Of a DNA stretch of 64,000 nt, positions 12,786-23,015 are shown piece by piece (position 1 is the stretch's first letter; each line of letters begins with the position of its first letter). Origin of the DNA: Deltaproteobacteria bacterium (lineage in GTDB: Bacteria; Myxococcota_A; Polyangia; Nannocystales; Nannocystaceae). The translations under genes and the position numbers were made by a program. The notes under the pieces are model-generated. The model made no database searches, was not told the origin of the DNA, and saw only the letters and a list, made by a program, of their open reading frames with translations. The stretch spans positions 2,051,630 to 2,115,629 of the forward strand of contig JADJEE010000012.1 in assembly GCA_016709225.1 (NCBI GenBank), given 5' to 3'.

Positions 12786-12836
12786 CTCGGGCGCCCGCTG
12801 CGGGCAACCGTGATAGGCTGAACGGCTGGAGGCCTC

Positions 12837-14811
12837 ATGCGCCGACTGGCTCTGTTGTTCCGCGGCACCTCGCTGTCCCCCGCCCTGCTCGCGTTGATCT
12901 CCGCCTGTGCGGGCTCCGATGCCGGCGACAACCCGGCGAGCTTCGGGCCCGGCACCGCGAAGCGACTCGTCGAGCGACGACTCGTCCGTCGACGGCGATT
13001 CGAGCTCCGATGGCTCGGCATCGATGACCGGCGATCCGACCACGTCGACCACGATGACGACCACCACCGCCGACGACACCAGCAGCGGCGAGTGCATGGA
13101 TGGCGAGACCCGCGATTGCTACTCCGGCCCCGCGGGCACGCAGAACGTCGGCATCTGTGCCGCCGGCACCGAGTCGTGCGTCGGCGGCATGTGGTCGGGG
13201 CAATGCATGGGTGAAGAGACGCCCGGCATCGAGATGTGCAACGGCGTCGACGAGAACTGCAACGGCATGACCGACGAGGGTCTGAACGCCGGCGCCTGCA
13301 ACACCGGCTTGGCCGGCCCCTGTGCCACCGGCGTCAGCATGTGCACCGAGGGCGCGATGATGTGCGTGCCCGATGTCGAGCCCGTGGCAGAGGTCTGCGG
13401 CGACGGCATCGACCAGAACTGCAACGGCACGCCCGACGACGGCTGCATGATGTCGTGCCCGTTCGTGTACGGACACGACGGCCGACGCTGGCACTACGAG
13501 GGCGCGGTCGGTGGCGCGAGCCTGATCGGTCGCCCCGAGCAGGTCGAGCGTGGCCGCGGCAAGCGCGTCGAGTTCGCGCCGCTCGCGGTGCCGCTCGCGA
13601 GCGCGGCGGTGCAGCGCGACCACGACGGCCGCGGTCGCGCGCGCGCGCTGCTGCTGGTCGGCGAGGACGAGATCGCCTACGTCGATCGGCTCGCGCTGGC
13701 AGTGGTCGAGCACGCTCGAGGCACCGAGGTCGTCGCGAGCTCGGCGCTGCAGTGGTCGGCCTCGCAGCGGGCCGAGCGAGCGCCGTTCATCGCGCTACCC
13801 ACCGCCGGCATGCGCACCCCCGATCACGCGAGCTGGCGCGGTCGTGTGGACGTCACCGAGGCGATTGCACGCCGCGACGATCATGCGGTCGCCTTCGACT
13901 GCGCACACGAGAACTTCTACGAACTCGACTTCGGCGAGGTCGAGCACACCGACGCCGCCATCCACCTCGTGGTCGACGGCTGGAAGCTCAAGCACGAGCG
14001 CGCGCTCGGGCCCGATGTGCGCCGCCGCCGGCCGTTCGTGCAGGTGCAGCGGGCCGACGGTGCGTGGCACACGGTGATGCAGGTGCCTTCGCCGCGTGGC
14101 GATCGCAAGACCGTCGCGATCGATCTGTCCGCGGTGCGCTTCGACGGACCGCGGTACCGCGTGCGCCTGTGGACGGGTACCCACGAGGGTGGGCTGGCGA
14201 TGTGGTACGTCGATCGCGTGCGCCTGTGCGTCGGAGCCCCGAGCCCGGTGCAGGTGGCCTCGCTGTCGCCCGCGAGCGCGCGCCTTCACTTCGCGGGCGC
14301 GCCCTCGGGCCTCGACGACGGCGACCGCGCGCAGCCGCGGTGGAACGTGCCCGACGGTCGCGGCGAGCTCACCGACGCGCAGTGCACCTACGGCGACTTC
14401 ACGGCCTACGGCGAGGTTGCGCCGCTGCTGGACCGCGCCGACGACTGCGTGGTCGTGATGCGCAGGGGCGACGCCATCGAGCTGGAGTTCGAGGGCATCG
14501 CAGCGCCGGACGAGGGCCGGGTGCAGACGTTGTGGCTCGACAGCGAGCTGCTCTACAAGCCACGGGTCGTGCCGGGCACCACCGGCGACTCGTCGCTGAC
14601 GCGCAACGTCGGGCCACTGCCGCACCGCGGCATGGGGCACTACCGCGGCGACGCACCGCCGCGCCGCGATCTCGCCTATCTCGCCTATCAACGGCGCTGG
14701 AACACGCGGCGGTACGAGCCCGGCTCGACCCACTGGGGCGAGTCGCGCCACAGCCAAGGCGCACGGCGACGTGCGGTGGTCACCGCCCTGGCGGTGCCGC
14801 TCGCGGCCTGA
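12837..14811 (+). pseudogene. MopE-type Cys-rich repeat lipoprotein, apparently frameshifted near 12942-12950 (authentic frameshift or homopolymer indel in the assembly)
   Basis: Frame 0 from 12837 encodes a signal peptide with an ISAC lipobox (MRRLALLFRGTSLSPALLALISACAGSDAGDNPASFGP). Frame +1 from about 12945 continues with a typical S/D linker (APRSDSSSDDSSVDGDSSSDG), then MopE-like repeats (GVDENCNG, GIDQNCNG, CxxGxxxC) and a roughly 450-aa C-terminal domain. Removing one G of the GGG at 12945-47 joins the two frames cleanly. Confidence 0.6.
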
Positions 14812-14835
14812 CACCGCACGCCCGCGCGCCACGGC

Positions 14836-15225
14836 CTAGCGATAGTCGGTGAGGTGCTTGCGAGCTCCCGCGCGGCCGTGCTCCCGCTCGTCGGCCTGCT
14901 GACACTCGATGCACAGGCGCGCCCACGGCATCAGCTCGAGTCGACGACGCCCGATGGGCTCCTCGCAGGTCTCGCAGGCGCCGAACGACTCCGGGTCATC
15001 GTGCATGCGCTCGAGCGCGGCCTCGATCTCCCGCAGCTGCTCGGCGCGCGTGCGGTTGCGGTTCGACGCGATGACCTGGGCCATCTCCGCCAGGGGTTGC
15101 GCGTCCTCGTCGATCTTGCGCGCCGGATCGATCTCTTGCCCGAGCTCGAGGTCGCCGCCGGCTCGTAGCGAGTCGCGCATGCCGCGGAGCCGCGCTTCGA
15201 TGGTCTGACGCAGCGCGTCGTCCAT
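14836..15225 (-). CDS. DksA/TraR-family C4 zinc-finger protein
   Basis: C-terminal CETCEEPIGRRRLELMPWARLCIECQ four-Cys finger with a coiled-coil N-terminus. The start is at MDDALRQTIEARL, and the upstream part of the ORF is R-rich junk. Confidence 0.75.
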   Translation of the reverse strand: MDDALRQTIEARLRGMRDSLRAGGDLELGQEIDPARKIDEDAQPLAEMAQVIASNRNRTRAEQLREIEAALERMHDDPESFGACETCEEPIGRRRLELMPWARLCIECQQADEREHGRAGARKHLTDYR

Positions 15226-15480
15226 GATCGGGCGCGTAGCATACCGTGTAGGTGCACCCCACGCACGGGCCCGGCGGCGTCGGTGGGCCCGTCGACTTCG
15301 CGGGTCCAGGCGTTCGCTGCGAAAATCTGCCGCGGTCAGGGCGCCACGCAGCGCGCCGAACCGGTGGCCACGACGGGCCGACGCGGTTCGTCGATGAGGG
15401 TGGTGCGGCGAGCCGCTGGCCGGCGCGGCGGGATCCATGACGACGACCCCTCATCACGCCGGCACCTGCGCCGGCTCGCC

Positions 15481-15726
15481 TCACGCCGGCGCATTGCGGC
15501 GAACGCGGGCGGCGGCTTCGCCGATCTCTCCTGGTTCCGGAAAGCGATGCTGCTCGTGCTTGCTGAACACGCGTTCGTTCGCGACGAACACATCGAAGAT
15601 GCCGCGCGCGCCCTCGACGAGCTCGATCCGCAGATCGTCACCCAACGCTGCCTTCAACTCGGCGACCACACGGGTCGCCTGCGGCAGGTAGTTTCACTTC
15701 ACGCAGTAGATGATGCGGACGTCCAT
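15481..15726 (-). CDS. SelW/Rdx-family selenoprotein with in-frame TGA (Sec) in a CxxU motif
   Basis: The listed ORF 15481..15669 is only the C-terminus. Reading upstream on the minus strand gives ATG(15726) MDVRIIYCVK-TGA(15696-15694)-NYLPQATRVVAELKAALGDDLRIELVEGARGIFDVFVANERVFSKHEQHRFPEPGEI. The IxYCxxU N-terminus and GxFxV...FSK...G.FP C-terminus are the Rdx/SelW signature. Confidence 0.75.
15661..15679 (-). promoter_or_regulatory. SECIS-like hairpin downstream of the Sec-UGA (GGCGACC-CGUGU-GGUCGCC)
   Basis: A perfect 7-bp GC-rich stem with a 5-nt loop containing GU begins 14 nt after the UGA. This spacing and shape match bacterial SECIS elements. Confidence 0.55.
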
Positions 15727-16039
15727 GACGGCAATGTTAGCCCAGCCGCCGCCGCGACGATGAATCCCACCGATCGGGCCGCGCAGCCGACAATCTGAAG
15801 CAGACCTTTCGCGCCGTGACGGTTGCATCGCACGTCGATGTTACGCCCGTGCTGCGATCATCGTCGTGCGTTGGCTCGGGCGCGCGGCACGACTGCGCGA
15901 CGATGCGTGCCAAAGTGCCACGCCGCCGCCTTCAGTCCCAGCGCGCTTCCGCACTCGCGCATGCACGTGCGCTCGGGGCGAACGGGGTCACGTTGACCGG
16001 CCAGTTGCATCGCATAAGCTGTGAACACTTCGAGGTGCC

Positions 16040-17200
16040 ATGGACATCGTGAGCGTCGGACCTGTGAGTGGAGGACCTGATGCGCTGCGACGCGAGTTCG
16101 CAGCCGTGGGCTCGCGCGTGGACGGGCCCAAGCTCGCCATCGTGTACCTTCCCTTCGATGTGGATCACGCGGCGTACCTCGCGGCCGCGAGCGAGGGCAT
16201 CGGCGGGCCCGTCGTGGGCGCGACGACGGCCGGCGCCGCGTTCACCGAGCGTGGGTTCAGCACCACCGATCCGGTCGGCGCAGTGCTGTCCGGCCGCGGC
16301 TTCTCGTACTCGATCAGCGTCGCCTCCGATCTCTCGCGTGATCCCGCGACCGCCGTCCGCACCGCCGCGCGACGGCTGGTCGACGCCGCCCATCGCACCA
16401 GCGCGCGCAGCCAGGTGCTGCTGACGTTGGCCGACGGGTTCGCCTGCGATGGCGAGGTGCTCTACGGCGCGTTGCAGCAGAGCGTCCCGCCGCACTGGCG
16501 AATGCTCGGCACCAACGCTGGCGGCGGGCAGCACCTGCGACAGGCCTACGTCTTCGCCGGCCGCGAGATCCTCCGCGACGCCGCGATCCTCATCGGCCTG
16601 TTCTCCGACGCGGCGCCTTCGCTGGTCGCCCACCACGGCTGGCGCGGCGTCGACGGCAGCGCCGAGATGACGGTCACCGAGGTCGAGGGCAACATCCTGC
16701 GTCGGCTCGACGATCGCCCGGCGCTGGAGGCCTACCGCGCCGAGCTCATCCGGCTCGGCTGCATGCGCGACGGCGACGACTTCATGAGTGTCACGGCGAC
16801 CCACGAGCTCGGCATGCGCACGATGTTCGGCGACCAGCTCAAAATCCGGGCGGCGATGGCCGTGGGTGAAGACGGCGCGATCAAGCTCGCGAGTGCGATC
16901 CCCGTCGGCGCGAAGGTGTGCATCGCAACCGCCAGCGCCGACGAGCTCATCGAGGCCGCGCGCACGTTGTCGAGTCGCGCGCTCGAGCCCTTCGAGCGCC
17001 AGGCGCTACACGGCGCGCTGGTGTTCGACTGCGGCGCGCGGCTGCAACGCCTCGGTGCGCGCTACGGCGAGGAGGTCACCGCGTTCTCGGGTGGTCGCCA
17101 CTTCCCGCTCGTCGGCGTCGCCGGCTACGGCGAGATCGCCAAGTTCGCGGGCAGCATCGACGGCTTCCACAACGCGACCGCCGTGATGGCGGTGTGGTGA
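16040..17200 (+). CDS. FIST-domain signal transduction protein (FIST_N + FIST_C)
   Basis: Typical FIST architecture and length (386 aa) with conserved Gly-rich segments (GATTAGAAF, GLFS, LVFDCGAR...GVAGYGEI). Confidence 0.7.
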   Translation: MDIVSVGPVSGGPDALRREFAAVGSRVDGPKLAIVYLPFDVDHAAYLAAASEGIGGPVVGATTAGAAFTERGFSTTDPVGAVLSGRGFSYSISVASDLSRDPATAVRTAARRLVDAAHRTSARSQVLLTLADGFACDGEVLYGALQQSVPPHWRMLGTNAGGGQHLRQAYVFAGREILRDAAILIGLFSDAAPSLVAHHGWRGVDGSAEMTVTEVEGNILRRLDDRPALEAYRAELIRLGCMRDGDDFMSVTATHELGMRTMFGDQLKIRAAMAVGEDGAIKLASAIPVGAKVCIATASADELIEAARTLSSRALEPFERQALHGALVFDCGARLQRLGARYGEEVTAFSGGRHFPLVGVAGYGEIAKFAGSIDGFHNATAVMAVW

Positions 17201-17261
17201 GCGGGGCCGCGGGCGCCGACACGACCGACCACCGCTGCCGATCTGCTCGGGCTCCAGCGCG

Positions 17262-17933
17262 TCATGCCGGCGGGCGGGCGGCGAACAGCCGCGAGAGGCT
17301 GAGGTCGAGCTCGGAGTCGAGCAGCTCGACGATGCTGTCGATGCGATGCCGTTCGGCTCCGATCGCGACGCCGAGATCTCGACGCATCGACGCCAACAAC
17401 GCCTCGCGCACGCGGGCGACGCGTCGGGCGACCGTGGCGCGATGGGTGCCGTAGAGTCGGCCGAGCTCGTCCAGCGTGAGACCATCGAGGAACTTGAAGC
17501 GCAGCAGCGCGCGGTCGTCATCGTCGAGCGCGGCGACGGCATCGTCGAAGGCCTGCTTGAACTGCGCGTGGTAGCGCTGCCGCAGCCACGACAGCTCGGG
17601 CTCCGAGGTCGCCCCCGACCGCGACGGTAGCGACGCCACGGCGCGGTCCAACGGCGCGCGACCGCGACGACTGGAGATCGCGACACGCACAGCCGTCGTC
17701 CGCACCCAGTTTGCGAGCGCGCCGCGGCCCGAGTACGCCGCGATCCTCGGGCTCGGCCCGACGAACAGCCGCGCGCGCACCAGCTGGGCGCTGTCGTCGA
17801 CCGCCGCGGGCGCGACACCGGCGCGGGTGAGTGCGAGCGCGATGTCCTTGCCGTGCTCGAGCTCGAACGCCCGCAACGCCGCCGCATCACCACGCGCACA
17901 CGCAAGCGCGAGCGTCAGCTCGGCGGCGTGCAT
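17262..17933 (-). CDS. ECF-type RNA polymerase sigma factor (start uncertain; an N-terminal extension to about 18131 is possible)
   Basis: A region-2-like ARGDAAALRAFELEHGKDIALAL and a region-4 HTH LDELGRLYGTHRATVARRVARVREAL. The longer ORF overlaps the divergent kinase gene, so an internal start is needed (ATG 17933 or TTG 18131). Confidence 0.65.
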   Translation of the reverse strand: MHAAELTLALACARGDAAALRAFELEHGKDIALALTRAGVAPAAVDDSAQLVRARLFVGPSPRIAAYSGRGALANWVRTTAVRVAISSRRGRAPLDRAVASLPSRSGATSEPELSWLRQRYHAQFKQAFDDAVAALDDDDRALLRFKFLDGLTLDELGRLYGTHRATVARRVARVREALLASMRRDLGVAIGAERHRIDSIVELLDSELDLSLSRLFAARPPA

Positions 17934-18218
17934 GCCCGCGAGCTCGGCGGGCTCTCGCGCGTGCGTCGCGAGCGCCTGCAACAACGCCGGCGCGTCGAAC
18001 AGCTCCGGCCAGCGCGCGCGTGCTGCCTCGCACAATGCACGCAGCCGCTCGCCGAGCGCAGGGTCCCCGGTCCAGCGTTCGCGCTGTTCGACCGCGATCC
18101 CACCCACGAAGCTCTCGATCAGCGGATCCAAGGCTTGCCCGGCTCTCTGGCCGCAGTGTCGCACTCCCGCCGCGCAACGTGTAGACGCTGCCGCCGCCAC
18201 GGGCCAAGCTCCCTGGCG

Positions 18219-20706
18219 GAGCGAGGGGTTGTCGCAAGCGACGTGCATCGACGACGAAGGCGCGCTGGCACTGCTGGAGCAGCGCGTCGACGACACCACG
18301 CGCCGTGCGTGCCTGGCCCACGCCGCAACGTGCCCCGAGTGCCGCGAGCTGCTGGCCGAGCTCGCACGAGTGATCGCGACCGCGGGCCCCGACTTGCCGG
18401 CGGCGGAGGACCGCATCGGCCCCTACGCCCTGCGCCACCGGCTCGGGCGCGGTGGCATGGGCGAGGTCTGGCTCGCGCGCGACGATCGGCTCGCCCGCGA
18501 CGTCGCGATCAAGCTGCTGCGACACGTCGATGGCGGCAACGAGCGCGTCATTCGCGAGGCGCGGATCCTCGCGCGCATGGTCCACCCCAACATCGTGGCC
18601 ATCCACAACGTCGGCAGCTCGCCGCTCGGGGTGTGGATCGCGATGGAGCTGGTCGATGGCGAGACGCTCGCGACGTGGGTGCGCGGCCGTGGGGCGCACG
18701 AGATCCTCGCCGCGTATCGACAGGCTGGGCTCGGGCTCGCGCACGCCCACCGCAGCGGCGTGGTGCACCGCGACTTCAAGCCGCACAATGTGATGATCGG
18801 CCGCGACGGTCGCGTGCGCGTGCTCGACTTCGGGTTGGCCGCCATGGTCGGCGCGCCGGCCTCGGCCGCGAGTGCCTCGGGCCCCGGCGAGACCACGCTG
18901 AGCGCCCGCGGCGGGACGCTGGGATACATGTCGCCAGAGCAGCTGCTCGAGCAGCCGAGCACACCCAAGAGCGATCAGTTCGCGTTCTGCGTGGCGTTGT
19001 GGGAGGCGCTCACGGGCTCACGACCCTTCGTCGGCGACTCGCCGGCCGCGATCGCGATGGCCACCCTCGAGGGCCGGCCGCAGCGGCGGGGTCGGCTGGA
19101 TCTGGCCATCGAACGCGCGCTTCGACGCGGCCTCGCGCGCGAGCCGAGCGAGCGCCACGCCGACATCGACGCGTTGCTGGTCGCGCTCGCGCCCCCGCGT
19201 CGTCGATGGCGGCGCGGCGCGATCGCGACCATGGGCGTCGCGTGTTGTGCATGGTGGGCGTGGCCCAGCGCGCCCGCGTGTGAGCGCACCGCGATGGCCT
19301 TCGACGCGCGCACGCGGGCCCTCGCAGCCCGCGCCCCCGATCACCCGCTGCTGGCCCACGCCCGCGCGTGGGCCGACACCGCGCGGGCGAGCTGCGCGGC
19401 ACCACCGGCGCTCGCGCAGTGCGTCGAGGAGCGTCGCGCCGAGATCGAGGTTGCGCTGGCACGGGCCGAGGACGGCGAGCCCGCACCGGTCGTCCTGGCC
19501 GCGGTGCTGCCGATGCAGCGCTGCGACGAGCCCTCGAGCGTCGCACCGTCGGCGAGCCTCGATCCCGCCCTGACGGAGGAGATCGCAGCGTGCAGCCGAC
19601 GCGTGGCGACGTTGCGGGCGACCATCGCGAGCGACCCCCATGGCGACCACGAGATCGCCGCGCTGGCGCTGGTCGAGCGCGCCGATGCGCTGGCGTGGCC
19701 ACCGCTACAGGCGCGCGCACGCGCCTTGCTCGGACAGCACGCGTCGAAGCGCGAGGACTGGCATCGAGCCGCGGAGGCCTTCGAAGCCGCGTACCACCTC
19801 GCGCGCGAGGCCGACGACACCGACACCGAGTTCGACGCGGCCTTCGGCATGATGCCGGTCTACCAGCACCTCGCCGAGCCCGAGCTCGGGCTGGTGTGGG
19901 CGCGTCACGCCGAGGCTGCGCTCGCACGGTTGTCCGACCCGCTTCGACGCACCCGCTGGCTCAAGCTGCGCGGCGAGCTGCGTCAGACCGTAGGGCGGCT
20001 GGACGAGGCCGAGCTCGACCTGCGTGAAGCGGTCGCGACCATGCCCGCCGACGCCCCCGACGAGGACCGCGGCACCGCGACGGCGCTGCTGGCCAACCTG
20101 CTCGCCGCACAGTGGCGCTGCGAAGAGGCGGTGCCGCTCTACGACGCGGCGCTCGCCCAGGAGCTGCCCGCCTATGCGCGCACGCTGGTGATGAACGGGC
20201 TGGCGGTGTGTGCCGTCCAGCGTAAGGACTTCGAGACCGCCGAGCAGATGTTCGCCGGCATCATCGACGAGGCCGAACGCGGGGGGCTCGGTGCCCACGT
20301 GCAGCTGACCGCGAAGTCGAACCTCGCGATCGCCTACGGCGAGCAGAAGCAATACGGCCGCGCGCTGGCGCTGCTGCACGACATCTGGCAGATGCCGCTG
20401 CTCACCTCCCTCGATCGCAACGAGGTCGAGGTCAATCTCGCGCTGTACTACCTGCGCAGTGGCGACCATGGGCGTGCGGCATCCTGGGCCCTGCGGGTGC
20501 TCGAAGACCCCGCCGCATCGCCGCGCATGTCGGGGAAGGCGGCCTGGACGGCGAAGGAAGCCCTCGTCGCGATGCATCAACGCGGGCGTGCGTACGCGGT
20601 GTGGCAGCGCAGGGTCGCGCTCGACCTGGCGCAGGGCGACCTCGAGGATCTGCCCGACGACCTACTCGCGTGGCTCGAGCTCGCCGACGCTGCGAGTGCG
20701 TCGTAG
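18219..20706 (+). CDS. Ser/Thr protein kinase fused to N-terminal zf-HC2 anti-sigma-like domain, C-terminal TPR-like region
   Basis: N-terminal CIDDEGALALLEQRVDDTTRRACLAHAATCPECRELL matches the anti-sigma zf-HC2 pattern (C...H...C..C). It is followed by a kinase domain (GRGGMGEVW, VAIK, HRDFKPHN, DFGLA, SPE) and a long helical repeat C-terminus. A TTG at 18219 sits 8 nt after GGAG. Confidence 0.8.
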
Positions 20707-20757
20707 AAAAGGCGAAGCCCCCGAGACCTTCGATCTCGGGGGCTTCTCTTTCCCTTG

Positions 20758-20831
<74 letters not shown>

Positions 20832-20920
20832 ATGCGTGGGGTCGGGAGAATCCGCGAATCAGGCCGACGCTGTCAAGGGGGATTTTGAGCGCGTGCTCGC
20901 GGGCGGTGACTTCGGCCCGA

Positions 20921-21889
20921 TCACGCCCGCTGCGCGATGGCGACCAGGTTGGCGCCCCAGCGCGCGTCGGGCCCGGCGACCCGGTCGAGCATCGGGTCCA
21001 GCGCGTCCAAGCCCCGCAGCACGCTGGCGCGCAGGCCCCCTGGCGCCCGCTGCTCGCGATCGCAGCGGGCCGCAGTGGCACCGACCGAGGCGGTGCGGCG
21101 GCGAGGGGCGAGCGCCCTCACCGCGTCCACCGCGGTCAGCAGCGACGCCATGACCGTCGTGGCCCCCTGGGGCTGACTCCACAGCGTCCGCACGCGCAGG
21201 CCGCCCTGCTCGAGCACCGCGCGCAGGCTGTCGCGATCGAAGAAGCACACGTGATCGCCGAGCTCGAGTGGGCGGTAGCGCTTGCCCCACAGGCCCCGCG
21301 CGGCGTCGTCCCAGTTGGGCACCTCGATCACCGCCAGGCCGTCGGCCGTCAAGTGCCGCGCGATGAAGCGCGCGACCGTGACGGGTCGCTTCATGTGCTC
21401 GAGCACGTGGGTGATGGTCACGAGATCGAAGCCGTCGGCGCGGGCGTGCACGCGTGCGTCGTCGTCCTCGAGATCGAGATCGTGGATGACGTGCTTGGCG
21501 GCCGCGAACTCGCGCGCGCCCGGGGCCCGCTCGACCCCCTCGGTGCGCCACCCGAGCGCCTGCAGCTCGTCGAGCAGCAGCCCGGTGTTGCAGCCCAGAT
21601 CGAGTGCACGCGCGCCGGCGGGCGGCTCCGCGATCACGCCCTCGGTGAGCCGGTCGTACAGCGCAATCGAGCGCTGCTTCCGGCGACGATCGACGCCGTC
21701 GTGGGTCGCCGCGCGCAGGCCGTAGCCGGCGTCGAGCAACATCGGCGGATGGTGTCCGAGCGAGTGCACCAGCCCGCAGCGATCACATCGCGCGAGGTCG
21801 AAGCACCCGCTGCCGTCGCCCAGCACCGGCGTCCGCGCGGCGCTGCCACAGGCCGGACACTCGTGGACCAACACCGCCTGCGCCGTCAT
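20921..21889 (-). CDS. class I SAM-dependent methyltransferase with N-terminal Cys4 zinc-ribbon
   Basis: LDLGCNTGLL SAM-binding motif I, an acidic motif II, and an N-terminal CPACGS...CDRCG. The start is at MTAQAVLVHE, and its last codons overlap the upstream GT2 gene end. Confidence 0.8.
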   Translation of the reverse strand: MTAQAVLVHECPACGSAARTPVLGDGSGCFDLARCDRCGLVHSLGHHPPMLLDAGYGLRAATHDGVDRRRKQRSIALYDRLTEGVIAEPPAGARALDLGCNTGLLLDELQALGWRTEGVERAPGAREFAAAKHVIHDLDLEDDDARVHARADGFDLVTITHVLEHMKRPVTVARFIARHLTADGLAVIEVPNWDDAARGLWGKRYRPLELGDHVCFFDRDSLRAVLEQGGLRVRTLWSQPQGATTVMASLLTAVDAVRALAPRRRTASVGATAARCDREQRAPGGLRASVLRGLDALDPMLDRVAGPDARWGANLVAIAQRA

Positions 21890-22860
21890 GTGCCCTCGTG
21901 CTCCTCGCGCTCGAGCTTGCGACGCCAGCGCTCCTCGTAGATGAAGAGGTCGATCATCAGCGGGTACCACAGCGACTGCATGCCGGCGTACATGAGGCCG
22001 GGCAGACCGTCGAGCCAGGCATGCTGCGCCACCACCGTGCGACCGAAGTGCACGAACGGCCGCAGGAACAGCGGCAACTTGTTGTAGGCCCAGCGCACGC
22101 CGACCGTGCGGCCGGCCTTGGTGCGCAACGAGAAGCCGTCGAGCCCGCGACGGTGATCGTCACCGTCGACGAAGTGTCGCGCCTCGCGCTGGGCGTAGCG
22201 CACGTGCTTGCGGAACCACTCCGCCAGCGGCTTGTGATCGTCGTGGCGTAGCTTGGCACCCAGACGGGTGACCCGCATGTGGCGGTCGTCGACGCGCTCG
22301 TTGGTGCCGCGGGAGAATCGCGCGACGTCGGGCCGCATCAGCCGCAGGATCGAGGCCCCACCGAAGCCACCGTGCTCGAGCTCGCGGCCCAGCACCACGA
22401 ACGTGAGCCCGACGTAGCCGCCGTCGAGATCGTCGCGGGCACAGGCCTGCTCGATCGCCCGCCACAGCGCGGGCGTGATCTCTTCGTCGGCGTCGAGGAA
22501 GAACACCCAGCGGTAGCGCGACTGCGCCTGCTCGAGCGCCCAGTTGCGCTGGCTGGCGTAGTCGACGAATGCGTGCTCGTGCAGCTCGGCACCGGCCGCC
22601 CGCGCGAGCGCGACGGTGCGATCGCGCGAGCCCGAGTCGACCACCATCACCGGCGCACGCCCCTGCACCGAGGCGATGGCCTTCTGGATGTTGGCCTCTT
22701 CGTCGAGCGTGAGGATGATGATCACCAGGGGCTCGCGGGCACCCGCGTCGGACGCAGGCCCGCGCTCACCGACGTGGGCCGAGCCGTCGTTGGCCGAGGC
22801 CTCGGACGGGCGCGCGGCCGTCGAGCCGTGGTGCGGAGGGAGCAGTGTCGAGATCGTCAT
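21886..22860 (-). CDS. family 2 glycosyltransferase
   Basis: LVIIILTLDEEANI...VVDSGSRDRT...FFLDADE (DxD) is a GT-A family 2 signature. The start is at MTISTLLPP, and the upstream ORF portion is junk. Confidence 0.8.
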   Translation of the reverse strand: MTISTLLPPHHGSTAARPSEASANDGSAHVGERGPASDAGAREPLVIIILTLDEEANIQKAIASVQGRAPVMVVDSGSRDRTVALARAAGAELHEHAFVDYASQRNWALEQAQSRYRWVFFLDADEEITPALWRAIEQACARDDLDGGYVGLTFVVLGRELEHGGFGGASILRLMRPDVARFSRGTNERVDDRHMRVTRLGAKLRHDDHKPLAEWFRKHVRYAQREARHFVDGDDHRRGLDGFSLRTKAGRTVGVRWAYNKLPLFLRPFVHFGRTVVAQHAWLDGLPGLMYAGMQSLWYPLMIDLFIYEERWRRKLEREEHEGT

Positions 22861-23015
22861 GGGATCGCGAGCCGGCGCAACTTCGATCGAACTACGTGCG
22901 CAGCATAGCACGACGTGAGGGTGCCGCGTCGGGCCGTGCGCGCGCGTGGTCCCGCCGGCGCCGTCGACACTCGCACCGCCACCGGAGTGCCGAGGTGCTA
23001 TGTTGCGTTCTGACG

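Noticed and set aside
15283-15798. 171-aa plus-strand ORF overlapping the selW locus
   Set aside because: It is the antisense of the SelW-like gene and its upstream region, with an R/A-rich composition. The minus-strand reading gives a family-specific motif, so the plus ORF is spurious.
20836-20920. Possible small ORF or regulatory element between tRNA-Asp and the methyltransferase gene
   Set aside because: There is no ORF with a credible start. It is most simply the tRNA promoter region.
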